This document shows positions 25,704 to 39,769 of a stretch of 63,974 nucleotides of DNA, in pieces. This stretch comes from Rhina ancylostomus (Eukaryota): positions 21,987,467 through 22,051,440 of the forward strand of contig JARFYF010000060.1 of assembly GCA_030265395.1 (NCBI GenBank), written 5' to 3'. A model generated the notes under the pieces. It was not told the origin of the DNA. It saw nothing but the letters and a program-made list of their open reading frames with translations, and did not search any database. The position numbers and the translations under genes were made by a program. Each line of letters begins with the position of its first letter. The stretch's first letter is position 1.

Positions 25704-27765
25704 TCTTTTAATTTGAAATGTTACTGTTTTGGGAAGTTTTAAATTGTGAACTTCCCTTTATTATTATGCAGACTTCTGTGATTAGTCACTTGTCGGCCCT
25801 ATGGTTAAAGACAGTAGTTGAGCCATTTTTCCCACTCCCCTACAAATTGTTAATTGTCCCTTTGTTCTTTGTTTTGACACTGAGTCGCTTCAGTGAAGCC
25901 ATTATATTACCAACTAAGTACAATTAAGTCTATTTCACTGTCATCTCCTTCTCCCTGCCAGTGTTAGAGAGAGAAGTTAAGAAGAGGCAAATGTGACAGT
26001 TGGACTGAACGATGACTTTCCTATCAATGGAAAGAGGCCTGATAAGTTTGACATTCCAGTTTAGCATGTCCTTGTCACTTTAATATCTCCAATTCCTAAA
26101 TTAAATACAATGGTAGTTTAGTTTACACCAAAAAGGCAGCTATCAGCATGGTTTATTCATGGGTTAAATGTGTCAGGTTAGCTGTTTGAAAGGCTCAATG
26201 TAAATATGTTTTTAATAACAAACTTATCAACGATACATTATCCAGACTGTGTCAGCAGTGGATTAACGTATGAAATAATCCCACACCATGCTGACTGGCA
26301 GGGGAGTGTACAGGGGAGGTATCCTCTTTGAATTAATTTATGTTTTCATTTAAACATTATGCTAGCATTCTATTATTGTGGGCTTTGGAGACTGCCATTC
26401 TCGCACCCCTCCACTTCCAGACTGATCATGGGCTCACCATTATATCATTTGTTGTAATTGATCTAGAGATAGCATGGAGACCACTGGAATGATCGAACTG
26501 AATGGTGCCCTGTTCTACACATTCTTTGAAGGTTCTTCTGGTAAATGTATTCTCCATTGTGTAAATGGGTTATTAAAGTTAGCAACTTCCTCAGACCATG
26601 ATTTACACTGGGTTTGCAAGTGTTAGTCAGAGTGTTGATAAGATTGATGCCACTGAACTAGTGTTGCCATAAAGAAAACTGTGATTGTTTTTTTCCCTTT
26701 TGAGCACTAGAAATGGCACATGGAGATGTCAGTGACGATACTGTCAATTTTGTCTGTGTGTTCTCCACAGTTGAATACTCCATTGATACTTGCTATTCAG
26801 GCTTGTAGAAAGAATACCTAGAGCCCTTGGAGTCATGCCCAGTACAGGTCAGAGCCCAGAGCCTTTGTGAAGAGAAATACTTCTCAAGTTCGTTCAGAAG
26901 TAACTACATTTACCTTCCATGGAGGGATTCTATTTATTGCAAAAATGACAATGCTGTCAGCTTGGGTAACTAGCATAAGCTTATAGCTTTACAGAAGAAA
27001 GTAATTGAGTTTGTCCAAAGGTAATCATTCAATGTAGTTATTATAAGACATTGTTTATTTTCAGTAATACATTTCTTTAAAAAAATCCCATATACTTGGT
27101 ATCCTTTGAAGGAAGTGTTCCAATCTTGCAATATTTATTTTTGGACAAGATAACAAATTACTACCACAGTCCAGGAGGAATTATTTAATGGAAAACAATC
27201 CGTCCTAAAAAAAATTGATTGTAATTATATTTTGACGGCATGATGCTGGGGATTCCTTCTGTTGGTTCTGTTAAGAAATTCCCATGACTTGTTGACTATT
27301 TTAGATTTCTATTTGTGGACTGTTTGTCTGTGCTGGCACCCCAAGACCAGATGGTAGAGTCACCTTCTAGGTACTAAAGGGTTATAAATGAGGACTTGCA
27401 GAACTCCATTCAAGGATTTAATATTGTGTACAATAGCATCACTAGCAGCTACATTCAACTGTCCCAAATGACAACAAAAATATTTTTTAATCTTTTGATT
27501 TGCAATTTTTAATAAAAAAATAAGTATATTGTGCGAATTCTTTGGAGGAGCAGAGCATTTCTCATTTTTGGCTGTCCATATTGGCATCAACCACTCAGAT
27601 TACCTAAATATAAAGTTCACCCTGTTCTTATGCCTACGGAGTTCCTCATCTCCAACCTCAAAGGAGTACTCTCTACTATACATGTGACATTGTTGCCTTT
27701 GGGCAATCAAACATTGTATTCAGCATTTTGCAATCTGGAGTGAAACTGAATGCAGAAGTTCAGGT

Positions 27766-28124
27766 TCAGAATCAGAATCAGATTTATTATCACAGACTTG
27801 TATGAAGTGAAATTTGTTGTTTTGCAGCAGCAGTACAGTACAAAGACATAAAATTACTATAAATTACAGAGATAAATAAATAGTGCAAAAAAAAGGAACA
27901 GCGAGGTAGTGTTCATGGACTGTTCAGAAATCTGATGGCAAAGGAGAAGAAGCTGTTTCTGAATAATTGAGTGTGGGTCTTCAGGCTCCTGTACCTCCTC
28001 CCTGATGGTAGTAGTGAGAAGATGGCATGTCCCGGATGGTGAGGGTCCTTAGTAATGGAAGCCACCTTCCTGAGGCACCACCTCTTGAAGATGACCTCGA
28101 TGGTGGGGAGGATTATGTCCATGG
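27766..28124 (-). mobile_element. Rex1/Babar-type LINE 3' end
   Basis: KDPHHPGHAIFSLLPSGRRYRSLKTHT..RNSFF..AIRFLN and a short tandem tcagaa tail. Confidence 0.9.
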
Positions 28125-29404
28125 AGACCAATTCACACTTCTCCATCCAGCATTCTTTCAAGTTACTCAACAAATGCACCCACACAGAGATACAACTTTT
28201 TATTAGTTTGTTTTTGGCCTAACATTCATGATAAGAGTGCAGAACATATTGTAACATGTTGAGATGGCATTGTCTTCAAACTATCACAGTTTCAACTCCA
28301 TCAGGAAGCAGTTATGCTTTATAACATATTTATTGACCATTGCACATTTTTTATTTTTATTGTCTGGGATGCTCTGACAAGCAGCAGTGTCAGGCTCTTG
28401 TATTTTTATATGCAGAAGTATATTTATTGGACGCATCACTGTTCCTTTGTAATATAACAACAATGGCTTCCTTTTCTATTAATTCAAATGAACTTTGAAG
28501 AAATATATAGAAGTTCATTTTTAAAAAACATAGGAGCTATGAAGGTTAACTCACTCTGATGCCAAATGCATAGTGTTTCATTAAAGGTTTGGACAGACCC
28601 TTCCCATCCTTCCCTAACTGGAAGAGGGTGTTTAGGTTAATTTAAAATATCAAAGGCACATTGATTATCCTCCTGAAATGTCTACTTTGGCTGCTTTGCT
28701 TCTCAATGCTGCTTTTTCTATTCTCTTACTTCCTTTGTCATTTTCTGCTTCATTTATTCCATTACATCTTTTGTTTTTTTTCTTTATCTTCTATTTGACT
28801 GCCAAGTGAATACAAGTCAGAATTGTGCTACAGATTGGTACAGCACCAACAAATACAAGCTTCCCTCAGCTTGCTGTAACAACCTTGTAATATTTTGGAT
28901 GGATTGGGAGGAAATAAAAGTTGGTAAGGTGTTGCTCAAACAGTTGATTTTGCTTCTGTGGATGGTCAAGTTTCAAAGCAAGTTACCCCTGTAATTATCA
29001 AAATCTTGATATTCAACTCCTGTAGTAATAGATAGGAACAACAACAGATCTTAAGAAAATGAAAGCAGGCAGGGAAATCTATTATATGATGTAATCTTCA
29101 ACCTAATGTCCTTCCATGATCTCCATACTCTTATTTCCCTTTTCATCCAAAAATTTATGGATTTCAGCCTTGGTTGTTGTTGATGACAGAGTACTCACAG
29201 CCCTTGGGATAGCAAATTCCAAAGCTTTCCAAATCAAGTCAATACATTTTTCTCAGATCTGATTGTTTATCCTTGTTCTATATTCTCCAGCCAGAAGAAC
29301 AACATCGATGCACCAATTCTCCTCACTCCCTCTTACATTTCAGTGATACAGTGGCTCATATATTCGAGATGCAGGAACTGTATCATCCAGGGTTCAAAGT
29401 ACCA

Positions 29405-29795
29405 TTTGTGCCTCTGAGCCAGAAGATCACGGGATCTAGTTCCATTCCAGTATTTGATCACTTTATATAGGCTGGCACTGCTATGTGGTACAAATTGGAG
29501 CTGATTGGAGGTACTATCTTGAAAATGATTTGTTAAAACTATGATTTCCTAACTTGAGTAGATGTAAAATTCCCCAGAGCATTACTTGAAGAAAAGCAGC
29601 AAGATTCACCCAAAATTTCAGCCAATAATTATTGCCTAACTACTGTCAATCAATTAAATTACTTGAGCATTTTTCTTGTTAATGGAACCTTTCTGCATGC
29701 AAATCGGTTGCCACATTTCCCTGTATTGCAGTAGTGATTACACTTGAAAAGTTCCTCATTGTCTATGAAATACTCTGGAGCATCCTGAGGTACTA
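29405..29795 (+). mobile_element. Degraded SacSINE1-like Deu-domain SINE
   Basis: gatgtaaaattccc..gaagaaaagcag..gcaaatcggttgccacatttcc..acacttgaaaagt motifs. Confidence 0.65.
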
Positions 29796-30199
29796 TCTAT
29801 AAAACAGTTCATAGATGCCAGTACCTTTAATCGATCGAATCCTTGTCAACTGTCAGATAAAACCATTAACCATTTTTAATGCTTACACATCATACTTATA
29901 AACAGTTTCTGTATTTTTGGCGCATGAAAGTAGTTGAAGATATCGTCAATCTGCATTTACTTGTATTTATAGTAGATATTTTGTTCAGCGAGGTGGCTAA
30001 ATTGCTTTCAGAGGATTAGTCTTTTAACGTGCAGTTAAAAGACAAATGCTCTGAATCTTTGGGAGGATAACCTGCATTTTAACAGCAGTTCTAAGAACTA
30101 GTCCCACAAATCTGAAACCCAGTAGTTTTAGTATCAAGTGGAATTGTCGGTCTTATTTTGGTGGGTTGTATTGATTGCAGTATCTCTGAAAGTTATAGA

Positions 30200-31420
30200 A
30201 AATATGAGGAATAAGAACAGTGACTGCACATTTGATAACATGTGAGCTGAATAGAGAAAGCCAATGTAAGTTGTAAATGGTGGTCCACGTCTAACAAATC
30301 GAATTGAATCTTTTGAGGACATAATTGAATGGTGGATAAGAGAATGTTTATTGATGTACAAGAAAGCACCTGATAACATTACAAGCTCAAAGAATTGAAG
30401 GCAAAATATAAAAATGTAATAAATTAATATATAGAGCCAGAGGTAGATCACAGAGCAATTGGGGGTCTGAATTGCCCCCCAATTCTGTAAGTTAATGTTT
30501 ATCCTGTACCTCATCGACTTTTTTGCTCAATTTCCATAACCTTTGACTCCCTCAGTAAAAAAAATCTATTGACCTCCAGCTTCAATGTACACAATGACAG
30601 TTCAACCAGAAACTTGTGGGGTAGAATTTCAATGACTTAAAACCCTTTGCATGAAGAAATTACTTCTCAGCTCAGATGCACATGGCCAAGTCCTTATCAT
30701 GAGTCCATGCCTCCTCCTCCTAAATTCCATGGCTAGAGAAATCAGTTTCTCACCATCTGTTTCAGCCAATCTCTCTCAGAATCTTGTCTGTCTCAATGAG
30801 ATCTTCTTTCATTCTTTTAAGCTTTAGTGAGAACAAGCCAGTCTTCATCAACCTTTCTTCATAGCATTCCCTTCTCACAGGAATCAATGTCTTGAGTCTA
30901 CACTGCAGTCACTTTAAGGCTGGTGTATACAGAGACCAAAAGTATATATTTTATTCCAAACAAGGTCTCATTGATTTGTACAATTTTATTGACCTGGTTG
31001 GGCTATTAGCTGGGTAAATGAGGTTAGAAAAGTACATACTTCAATTAGAACTAAGTACTTGATATAATCTTTCAAGAATCTGCACTGTGACCTTAACTGT
31101 TCATTATATTTTGTAATGACTGAGAAAGCGCTGTAGGGTCATACATCGAAGTTTGCTGTTGGCACAAAGTCTGATGGTATACTAATGTATTAATGGAACG
31201 TAGAAAGTACGAAATGATAGATTGAATGGGCAAAAATGATGCATGTGGATTTAGAAGCAGTTAAGTGCAATCCATTTCGGGGGAAACAAAAGATAAATCT
31301 TAATTATTCTTTAAATAGTGAAAAGCTAGATCCGTGGTGGTCTGGAGAGATTGGAATCTGTAAACACCAATTTATTAACATGCAATAGCCAGGCACAGAA
31401 AATATTGACAGAATGTTTAT
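30200..31420. mobile_element. Old CR1 fragments (+ strand RT pieces split by a minus-strand 3' piece at ~30490-30970)
   Basis: Decayed KFA..TK and W...W.. RT motifs on the + strand; CR1 3' signature on the minus strand. Confidence 0.5.
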
Positions 31421-31476
31421 TTTATGAAATAACTCCATAAATAAACATTGTTCTGATCTCGTATTTTTATTCATAG

Positions 31477-31541
31477 GTGGAGGAAGACACCAAGAAGCTA
31501 AATCTTGAAGAAAGAAGGAAAAGAACAGAGGCTTCTGAAAG
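31477..31541 (+). CDS. CEP164: CEP164 exon VEEDTKKLNLEERRKRTEASE(R) (phase 0-2)
   Basis: Acceptor tttttattcatag, donor AG|gtacat. Phase 2 joins 34437. Confidence 0.85.
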
Positions 31542-32898
31542 GTACATATTTGGTAGTCAAGTTTGAACTCTTCATCATTTGTATTGGAATTGTCAACCCA
31601 AATACCATCCTATAACCAGGGTTTTATATTATTGATTGCTCACAAGGTCAGAGCACCCTCCTAGTTTGTTTACTGAAAGTTTCCAGATTAAGTAATTTCA
31701 TTTACTCAGGTATAAGTATGCCCAATTTCTCAATGGCTGGTTTATTTGTGATACCTTCAAACCATAGGGAGTGTGCTTACCATGTTAATCAGTTGTGAAG
31801 ATCCTTAACCGTCTTCTGTACGTAGCTGCTTAATTTAATATTATTAGTAATGTTGTCATAAATAATTTAGAGATTTCTAATTTGATTTATTGGTTGCAAG
31901 AACTATAATATTGCCAACATCTAAGAAATCACTTTGTTTCATTAATTTTGATCCTAATAAAATATTTGCTCATTATAATTCCATTATGAACTTGAATTTC
32001 CATTAGTGACGTTTGTGTATTTACCCCAGTAGTTTCAATAGACAAATTGTTGAGAAGTGGGCCCTTTGAGTTTTACCAGCATCTACCTGCTTAACTGCAC
32101 AATGACCAGAAGAAGAAATCAGAAAATAAAAACAAGAGCAAAACACCTATATAACCATTGTCCCTTGTATGGATCATGATCTACACCTGTCCTACTAAAC
32201 TTACCAAAAGCATTCCTGCCAGCCTTAGAGCTATCATGAAGTAACTTTTTTAATGTTAACTTTTTTGCAAGCAAGGTTAGTGTATCCATGATAAAAGACA
32301 GCTGTTTAATCTGAGTTACATAATACCAGAATTTTATGATTCTGATAACATTCAGCTAATTTGAAGATGTGTGCAGCTGAATCAAACCAATAAAAGAAAT
32401 AAACTGCAATTTGAATCAGATTTGATTGGGGACAGCTGAACTTACAAGGACCTGCAGTGGAATCAGTCTTTTGAGACAAGTGGCCATTTCTGATATCAGC
32501 AGAATAGGAGCAAGAACAAACAAAGAAATGAAATAACACTCTTCAGCCATTAACCGTGGTATGGTGCTTTCAGTAAACGATTCATCTGGAAGATAAAGAA
32601 TAAGAAGGAAGTAATCATTTGGGGAGGGCTGTGAAAGATCACTCCCTACCATTTTTAGATTATGTCTGTTTGCATATTACTCCTTCGGCATCTTCCCAAC
32701 TCCATATTCCAGGACTGAGGAATCCAGTGATTTGCTGACAGCTTGTCTGCTATCAGATGGTACTCGGATGACTGAAGCTAACATCATCTTCACAGAGCTT
32801 CCATCAGGCCTTGATAATGTGAGAAAACTGCAATGGTTTGTCATAATAATAGATTCTTTTGCGCTTGGTCCTTACCCTTTCTCTAAATCCCTGTGAAG

Positions 32899-33063
32899 CG
32901 CGAATGAGAAGATTACACATAATAACAGACACAAAGATGAAAAAGGCGAGAGTCTTTTAAGTAATCTGCCAGACAAGAAAGAAAATGATGATTGCCCTAA
33001 GGATAATGGAAGTGCAGTGGAACTAATGGCCAGCCAGAAGCAGCCTCCTGCCCCTCTGGAACT
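32899..33063 (+). CDS. Candidate alternative exon (ANEKITHNN...QKQPPAPLE), phase 2-2
   Basis: Pyrimidine tract and aag acceptor, 54 open charged/polar codons, frame-compatible with both flanking exons. The donor (CT|gtacag) is weak. Confidence 0.35.
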
Positions 33064-34436
33064 GTACAGCTTCTGAATATAGCTACAGCCTTCTATATTT
33101 TGATGAAATTATGTCATTGCATTGTGGTGCTGTGCATTTGCTTTGACACTGAATGTTTGTGTTCTGTGCCTTGCCTCTATGTCAACAGGCTGTCCTTAAC
33201 TGAATATTTGCATGTTCCACAATTTTGAATGAAGTTCCAATTATCTCAGTGGCTTTCCGCCTATTTTTATACCAGAAAGTGAATGCAGATTATCTGGCTC
33301 CAGCACCCTCCTGTCAGAAAGGGTAAACAGTTGTTATCTAATGATAGAACGCCACAACACAGAAGGTGGCCAGTTGATCCACCGTACCAGTACTGCTCTT
33401 TGAAAGTGCTGTCCACTTTGTCCTACTCTTCAGCACAGTAGCTCTGCAATTTTCTCTTCAGGTATATTTTCAATTTCCTTTTGAAAGTTACTGTTGTATC
33501 TTCTCCCCCTATCCTTTCAAGCAGTGCACTTCAGTTCATAATAATTCATAAAAAAATTTCCTCGTCTCTAGATAATAATGGGTAAAAGAGCTTCAGCAGT
33601 CAGGATGAATAATCTTGTTCGTAAAAGTGTCATTTTTGAAAAGTTTAAAGATTATCTTCTATATGGAAGCTTCTAGGGCAAAATTGTCAAAGGCTATTAT
33701 CAAAAAAAAATCCTTGAGAGATTCAACAGCTCTAACCCATTGCTCTGCTTTACTCTGTTTACGATGTTACAGAAAATTCTGTCTCGTTCTGTAAGACCAT
33801 TAGTAGTCTAAGCATCAATTCCCAACTGTTTTAGCTAACACTAGGAGTAATTTGAATCATTGATCCTGTAAAATATGATGAGCAAAAGTATGTGTTGCTG
33901 TGATTTTAATGGTTATCTACTGGAAGTTGAGAAAGGCAGAGAAGCAAAAGTGTTTTTCTGATTTGCAGTCAAGTCAGCATGAACTAGTTCTGTGAAGCTA
34001 TGTCACTGTAATATACTGTTGGTTTTTGGAGAAGTTGCTGGTTCAGCTTTTGTCTGTTTGTTCCCAGTTGGGAACCACAGTAAGTGCAGTAAACAGTGAT
34101 TTCATCACGCTTTTTGAATTGAAATTGGCCAAGTTATCACTCAGCAGACAAATATCATTGCCGTGTTCTAAAAATTGAGAAATACAGGGTAACAGTCCAC
34201 TGTACACCACAAAACAAGGCATGTGTTAAGTAGGGTGCTGGCTTGACTCAACATATGCTTCACTCTGTGTTATTGGAATATCCTGATCCAACTCTGAAGT
34301 TAGCCTTGTTACCATATCAGTATATGTGGTATCTTTGAGCTTTTGTTGACCCATCGAAACTGGAAGGAAATTTTGAGCAACTTTTTAAAATGAGTTTGGG
34401 AATCACATTCTGTTTGCTTGATTGCCTTAAAAATAG

Positions 34437-34637
34437 ATGCATTTATCAGGAGCAGGAGAAGGACAAGGGACTGCTGCAGTCACAGAAGTCGAAGGAGGAG
34501 TCCTATAAGTTGAACCAGGAACTCGAAGAGGAAAAGAATCAGATGCTCAAAAAGAGGGAGGAGCAGCTTTGTAAACTCAGGCAACAGGAGGAAGTGGAAT
34601 CCCAGCAAATTTATCGAGATAAAGAAGAAAAACTCAG
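34437..34637 (+). CDS. CEP164: CEP164 coiled-coil exon CIYQEQEKDK...DKEEKL(R) (phase 2-2)
   Basis: aaatag acceptor (an alternative tcag acceptor would start at 34450), AG|gtataa donor, E/K/Q-rich frame. Confidence 0.88.
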
Positions 34638-35511
34638 GTATAAATACTGTGAGAAATAGTAAGTTCTTGCATGACACTGCTGGGAAAAAGCAAAAGCTGA
34701 CACTTACACTGCAGTGACAGTGTGTTATGTTATTGGGAAGTGCCATTCCTCTGAAGGTTGTCTACTTATTCAGGTGGACATTACATATCCCATGGTGCTA
34801 TTTGAGAAGGTTGATGGATTTGCCCAATATCCACCCAACATTTCTTCAACCAATATCATCAAAAACAGATTCAGTTATCCTATTACATTTTGAAGGATCC
34901 AGCCACGTGCAAATTGTTATATTAGTCGACCTGATAGCAATTGATTGAGGATAACTTTAACCAAACATGATTACAGGGAAATCCATTGGGGTCAGTCAGA
35001 ATTCCAGTTTTATACTCAACAGTGGAGAGTAAATCAGACTGAGTATAAAGCAACAATGCAGCCGATCTTGTCGCTTTCCCAGTGACCAGGTTAAGTTACC
35101 TTTGTTCAAGAGCTCTTTCTTTTGTAATTGACGTAGGAAGGCAGAGAAGCAAAAATGATAAAAATATATTGGATATTTCCCAGTAAAAATTACTGGGATA
35201 ATCCTGGGGGTTCATTTTCAGTGCATTTTCTGCACATAAGTGCAGAACTTATATGCCCCATCACTTCAACCCTGAAAGTTGCCTCCTGGTTCAACTTTAA
35301 GCAACAGTTGATTATGTATATGATATGATGTGCATAAATAATTATTTACTGCCATTGTGTACAGACTAACTATTGGGAGGGATGTGGGCTGGCCTTCAGG
35401 ATCCATCTGTGGGAACAGTTCTATTAGAGTTATTCTGCCAAAGGATGTAGCCAAGCTATTTGGCTATAAGAATGAAAGAAGCTTAACAGTTTTCTATTTT
35501 CAATCCTCAAG

Positions 35512-35643
35512 GTTATTAAAAGAGAAACTCAGGACTGAGCGAGAGGAAGAGGAGACACAACTGAAAGAAGAGCAAGGCTGTGCGTTGCTCAAACTCAGAG
35601 ACCAATTTAAAGCTGAGATTGAGACAACAGAGAACGAAATTGG
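35512..35643 (+). CDS. CEP164: CEP164 exon LLKEKLRTEREEEE...TENEI(G) (phase 2-2)
   Basis: caag acceptor, GG|gtaagt donor, 132 nt. Confidence 0.92.
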
Positions 35644-36978
35644 GTAAGTGTCATCAGAACAGATGAACTGGATGAAAAGTCCAGTGCCTGCTTTAACTAC
35701 TGTTAGATACATTACGCCAAAAATTTTTGAAGCCTAAGTAAATTACTATGAAAATCCAAATTAAAAACAAATGCTGGAAATACTCAGTAAGTCAGCTAGT
35801 GCCAACATAGCAAGAAAAGAGGTAACATTTCAGGTCAATAACATTTCATGTATTTTTAAACAACCATTTGATTATTTATTTGTATCTCTGTAGTTATGTA
35901 ATGAGTCTGTGATTTCTAAAGCAATTGGTGTAGAGCGGAGGGTGCTTTGACTTCTGTGCCCTTTATATAATGACGTAGACACAAATTAACTACCACAGAA
36001 CAGTTGATAGCCAAAGTCCAACTTTCTTCCCAATTTTCTGCCACTCTGCACATAACCTTCGTCTTGTCATATAGAGAACTGCTATAGGGCGCTGTGCTTG
36101 CATGACTCATTGAAGCTGTCTTATTTTCTGCTCCCAGACTTGCTCTATTGAATTTAGTACTTTGTAAATTGGGGAGAGAAGAATCTTTGTAAAATCGTAC
36201 AGAATTTTTCTTTGTCCATGTTAGCATTTGCCTCTGTTCTCTCTTGGGAGCATACAGAGAACCTTATACATATTTCAGGGCATTGACCTCAAGTAGGTAA
36301 ACAAGAAAATGGCAAAAAGGGTAACGTGAAAGAGTAGTTGGAAAAATAATGTTGGCATTGCTTTTCTTTAACCAAAATGTAATGCAGAAGATTGAATTGT
36401 ATTTATATCTTGCAATGGGGTCAATTCAGAGGAGCCCATTAGGTGAGCTTTTACACTTCTTACTGCACATTGTTAAGAATGTTCCTTTATCGATAACCAG
36501 TCATTGAGAATGTAACATTTTTAATAACTGAAAGGAAATAAACATTCTGCCCACTTCAGAAGTAAGCTCCTTTGAAATTATAAAATTAATTTATTAATTT
36601 AATAGCTAATCCTATCAAAAATTAGTGCACATTGCATTATATTTAAAATTGGATATTTAATATTCTTCCCATTATATCAAATTTATGAGCAGCATAAAAA
36701 GCAAAAATCATGGCAGCCCTAATTAAAAAAGGCATTACATGGTATCTCCTATTGATCAATGCAATATAGAAATAAAATTATATTTCAGTAACTGTTTGCT
36801 CAAGTAGGTTTTACCTTTAAGAAAAAACTAAAATAAAACTTAACAAGCGCAAAGAGTTGTTGGTCAAAAAGACAACATTACAGCAGTTTGATGGTATTCT
36901 TGAGAATATTCTGTAGGCTATATATATTTTATAATGCCATTTAATATGTCAGGTAATTTTATTTTTACTGCATTCCAG

Positions 36979-37195
36979 GGCTGAGAAGGAAGCAAAACTG
37001 GTGCAGCTCAGAGCAGAACTGAAATCATTTTTAACAACTGAGCAGCAAAATTTAGAGGCGGAAAAGTGTGCTGTTGTGGAGCAGATGAGAAAAGAGATGG
37101 ACAAAACCTTAAAGGAAGAGAAGATTCTGCTGGAAGAGAAAAAAGAGGAGGCTCTTGGTGAGCTAAGGGAAAAGCTAAAAAAAGAAACGGAAGAG
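36979..37195 (+). CDS. CEP164: CEP164 exon AEKEAKLVQL...LKKETEE (phase 2-0)
   Basis: cattccag acceptor, GAG|gtaagc donor, 217 nt. Confidence 0.94.
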
Positions 37196-38111
37196 GTAAG
37201 CTTCTGCCCTTTTAGCAATCAGTAATACTGAAGCAGATTTTCTTCTCCACAAAAAGGTAACTTTTCAAGCAATGCTGGACATTACATGACTGGATTTATT
37301 CCTGAGTGCTGAATACCACTGCATTTTACAACTTATTCCTCTCTTATTCAAGAAGACAAATAGACCATTATGAAACTAAAAGATGATGCTGTTTACTTGA
37401 ATGTTAAATTCAGCAACTGAAAAAAAACTTCTAAGATTGCATGTAGTGTTAATGTTAGATTTTTGCAGTGTAATGATAATAATGTCTGTGTAGAAATCAC
37501 ATGATTTCTTTCCATGAACTTCCAAACTGATGGGAACAGTTGCTTTGAGAGTGTGATATGTGCTTGAAGGTAGTGATCATTGAAAAACACATCAAAAGGT
37601 TTGCTATTACATCCAGAAGCTGCTTCTACTTTCTATGTTTTACATCCCACTTATTTTGAGTCTGTGATGTCTTTGTCTTCCTTCAACTAGATAATACCAT
37701 TCATTAGGAGTATACTCTATGAAATGAGAGCTAGGTTTAATTTGTAATATCTCCAAGGAAACATAAGGGGGGAAAATGCAGTGCAGCAGCTGCTTAACTG
37801 TTTGTTGTTATTTCTTCTTTCTGTTAAATTCAATGAAAGGTGGAATTTAAAAAAGTTACTAGGAAACCCTCAACCTATAATTCTTGATTACGTATTTGTC
37901 CATTGTCACTGGGATTTCAGGGTTAAATCTAGAAAACCTTGAGTTCTCTAGAACCCAAACCTCGTTCAGGCATCTGTTCTGGATCAGTGTAATACAACAG
38001 TTTTGCTATCCATCTCAGTTAAATGCCATATCAGTTGGTCTTTCTTAGTTAGAAGTTGTCATTATCTCGGTCTCAGTCATCGTTTAGGTCTGGTCACTGT
38101 GTTTCAGGATT

Positions 38112-39620
38112 ATACAAAATTTACACAGGAGCAGGGCATTCAGCCCATCATGGCAGTGATGGCCAACAAAGAGTTGCCCAACCTACTCCCAGCACTAGTT
38201 CCATTGCTCTTCAGATCACAGTTTGTCAAGCACATGTCAAGTAATGTGTAAATGTGCTGATGGTTTCTGTCACTATCACCCTTACAAGCAGCGAATTCCT
38301 GACCCCCTCTGCCAAGAGAACTAGTTCCTTACTGTTCATTCTATCTAGGCCCCTTGTAATATTATGTTCCTCAATTNNNNNNNNNNNNNNNNNNNNNNNN
38401 NNNNNNNNNNNNNNNNNNNNNNNNNNNNNNNNNNNNNNNNNNNNNNNNNNNNNNNNNNNNNNNNNNNNNNNNNNNNNNNNNNNNNNNNNNNNNNNNNNNN
38501 NNNNNNNNNNNNNNNNNNNNNNNNNNNNNNNNNNNNNNNNNNNNNNNNNNNNNNNNNNNNNNNNNNNNNNNNNNNNNNNNNNNNNNNNNNNNNNNNNNNN
38601 NNNNNNNNTCCTGCTATTTAGTGTATACTGCACTGCCTTGTACATTGTACTTTACCCTGGATTGTTTCTCTAATTTGTCTGGATTGTTTCATTTGCCATT
38701 CTTCTGCCCAGCTGACCAGACAATGTACTTGCTGCAGTCCAAAGCTTTCCTCTTCACTCTCAACCACATGGCTAATTTTTGCATCATCAGCAAACTTGTT
38801 GATCATGCCCCTTGCATTTAAGTTTGCATCATGTTACCACACTGGTTGTTACCTTTCAATCAAAAAAAAACACCCACATGAAAGCCTAGAACATAATAGG
38901 AGGAGGTCTGTAAGACAAGTTTTTCACGGTACCTCAGGATATGCAACAATGATAAACCAACTCCAATTTGTCCCTTTGAATCTACTCCATCATTCAACAA
39001 ATCTTGGTAGATCATTTACCTCAGCCCAACTTTCCTGCATTATTCCTATATTCCTTCATCCCCTTAACACCTGAAAACTTTTGATCTCAGACTGAGTCTG
39101 CACTGTACTCTTGGGTGAAGAAATTTCTTCTCATCTTGAATAGTCAACCTCTTATATGGTGACTCCTAATTCTGGACACCCAGTCAGGGGAACCATTTTC
39201 CCTTCATCTTCCCTGTGAAGCCCTGTAAAAATTGTGTATATTTTACTGAGATCATCTCTCATTCTTTTAAATTCTGGAAAGCATGGGCTCATTCTGCTTA
39301 ATCTGTCCTCAGGACGAACCAGCCATCCTAGAAGTTGTTCTGGTGAATCTTCATTCCACTCCTAATACAAGTATATTCTCCCTTAGTTAAGGAGATCAGC
39401 CTGTACACTATATTCCAGATGCTATCTTACCAGTACCCTATATAATTCCAGTAAGATGGTTTTTACTCAAGCATTGCGCTCAAATTAATAAAGGCCAATG
39501 GACTATATGCCTTACTACCACATTATTCTTGCTCTCTGTTTAGTGTCCATTACCCATTGGAAGTATTACCCTTTACTTCCTTCCACTAAGCTAATTTTGA
39601 ATCCAGTTTGAAACTTGCCT
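38112..39620 (-). mobile_element. Decayed CR1 fragments (RT and 3' ends), partly in a gap
   Basis: INKFADDAKI..WAEEWQM on the minus strand and two CR1 3' UTR remnants. Confidence 0.75.
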
Positions 39621-39769
39621 TGGTGCAGCAAGTGTCATCAGCTGAGGGAACTTGAGTGCTGTGCTTTGGAGGTTGAACAGTCAATGTTCTGCAGTCCATC
39701 TGTGAGGCTGAGCAGTCACCCTGTACCTCGTGAGTGCAGTCAGAGATGGAACAAAAGGCACAGAAAGCA

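Noticed and set aside
25880-25920. SRFSEAII resembling the missing RSRISEHLL segment
   Set aside because: No usable acceptor precedes the motif in the right phase; probably chance.
32416-32820. Nearly open minus-strand frame (~130 codons, one stop)
   Set aside because: No recognisable domain, and no start or splice context.
35171-35250. Small hairpins (also near 7376-7396 and 37928-37952)
   Set aside because: Stems of about 7-14 bp are expected by chance in 64 kb, and bacterial-type terminators are irrelevant here.
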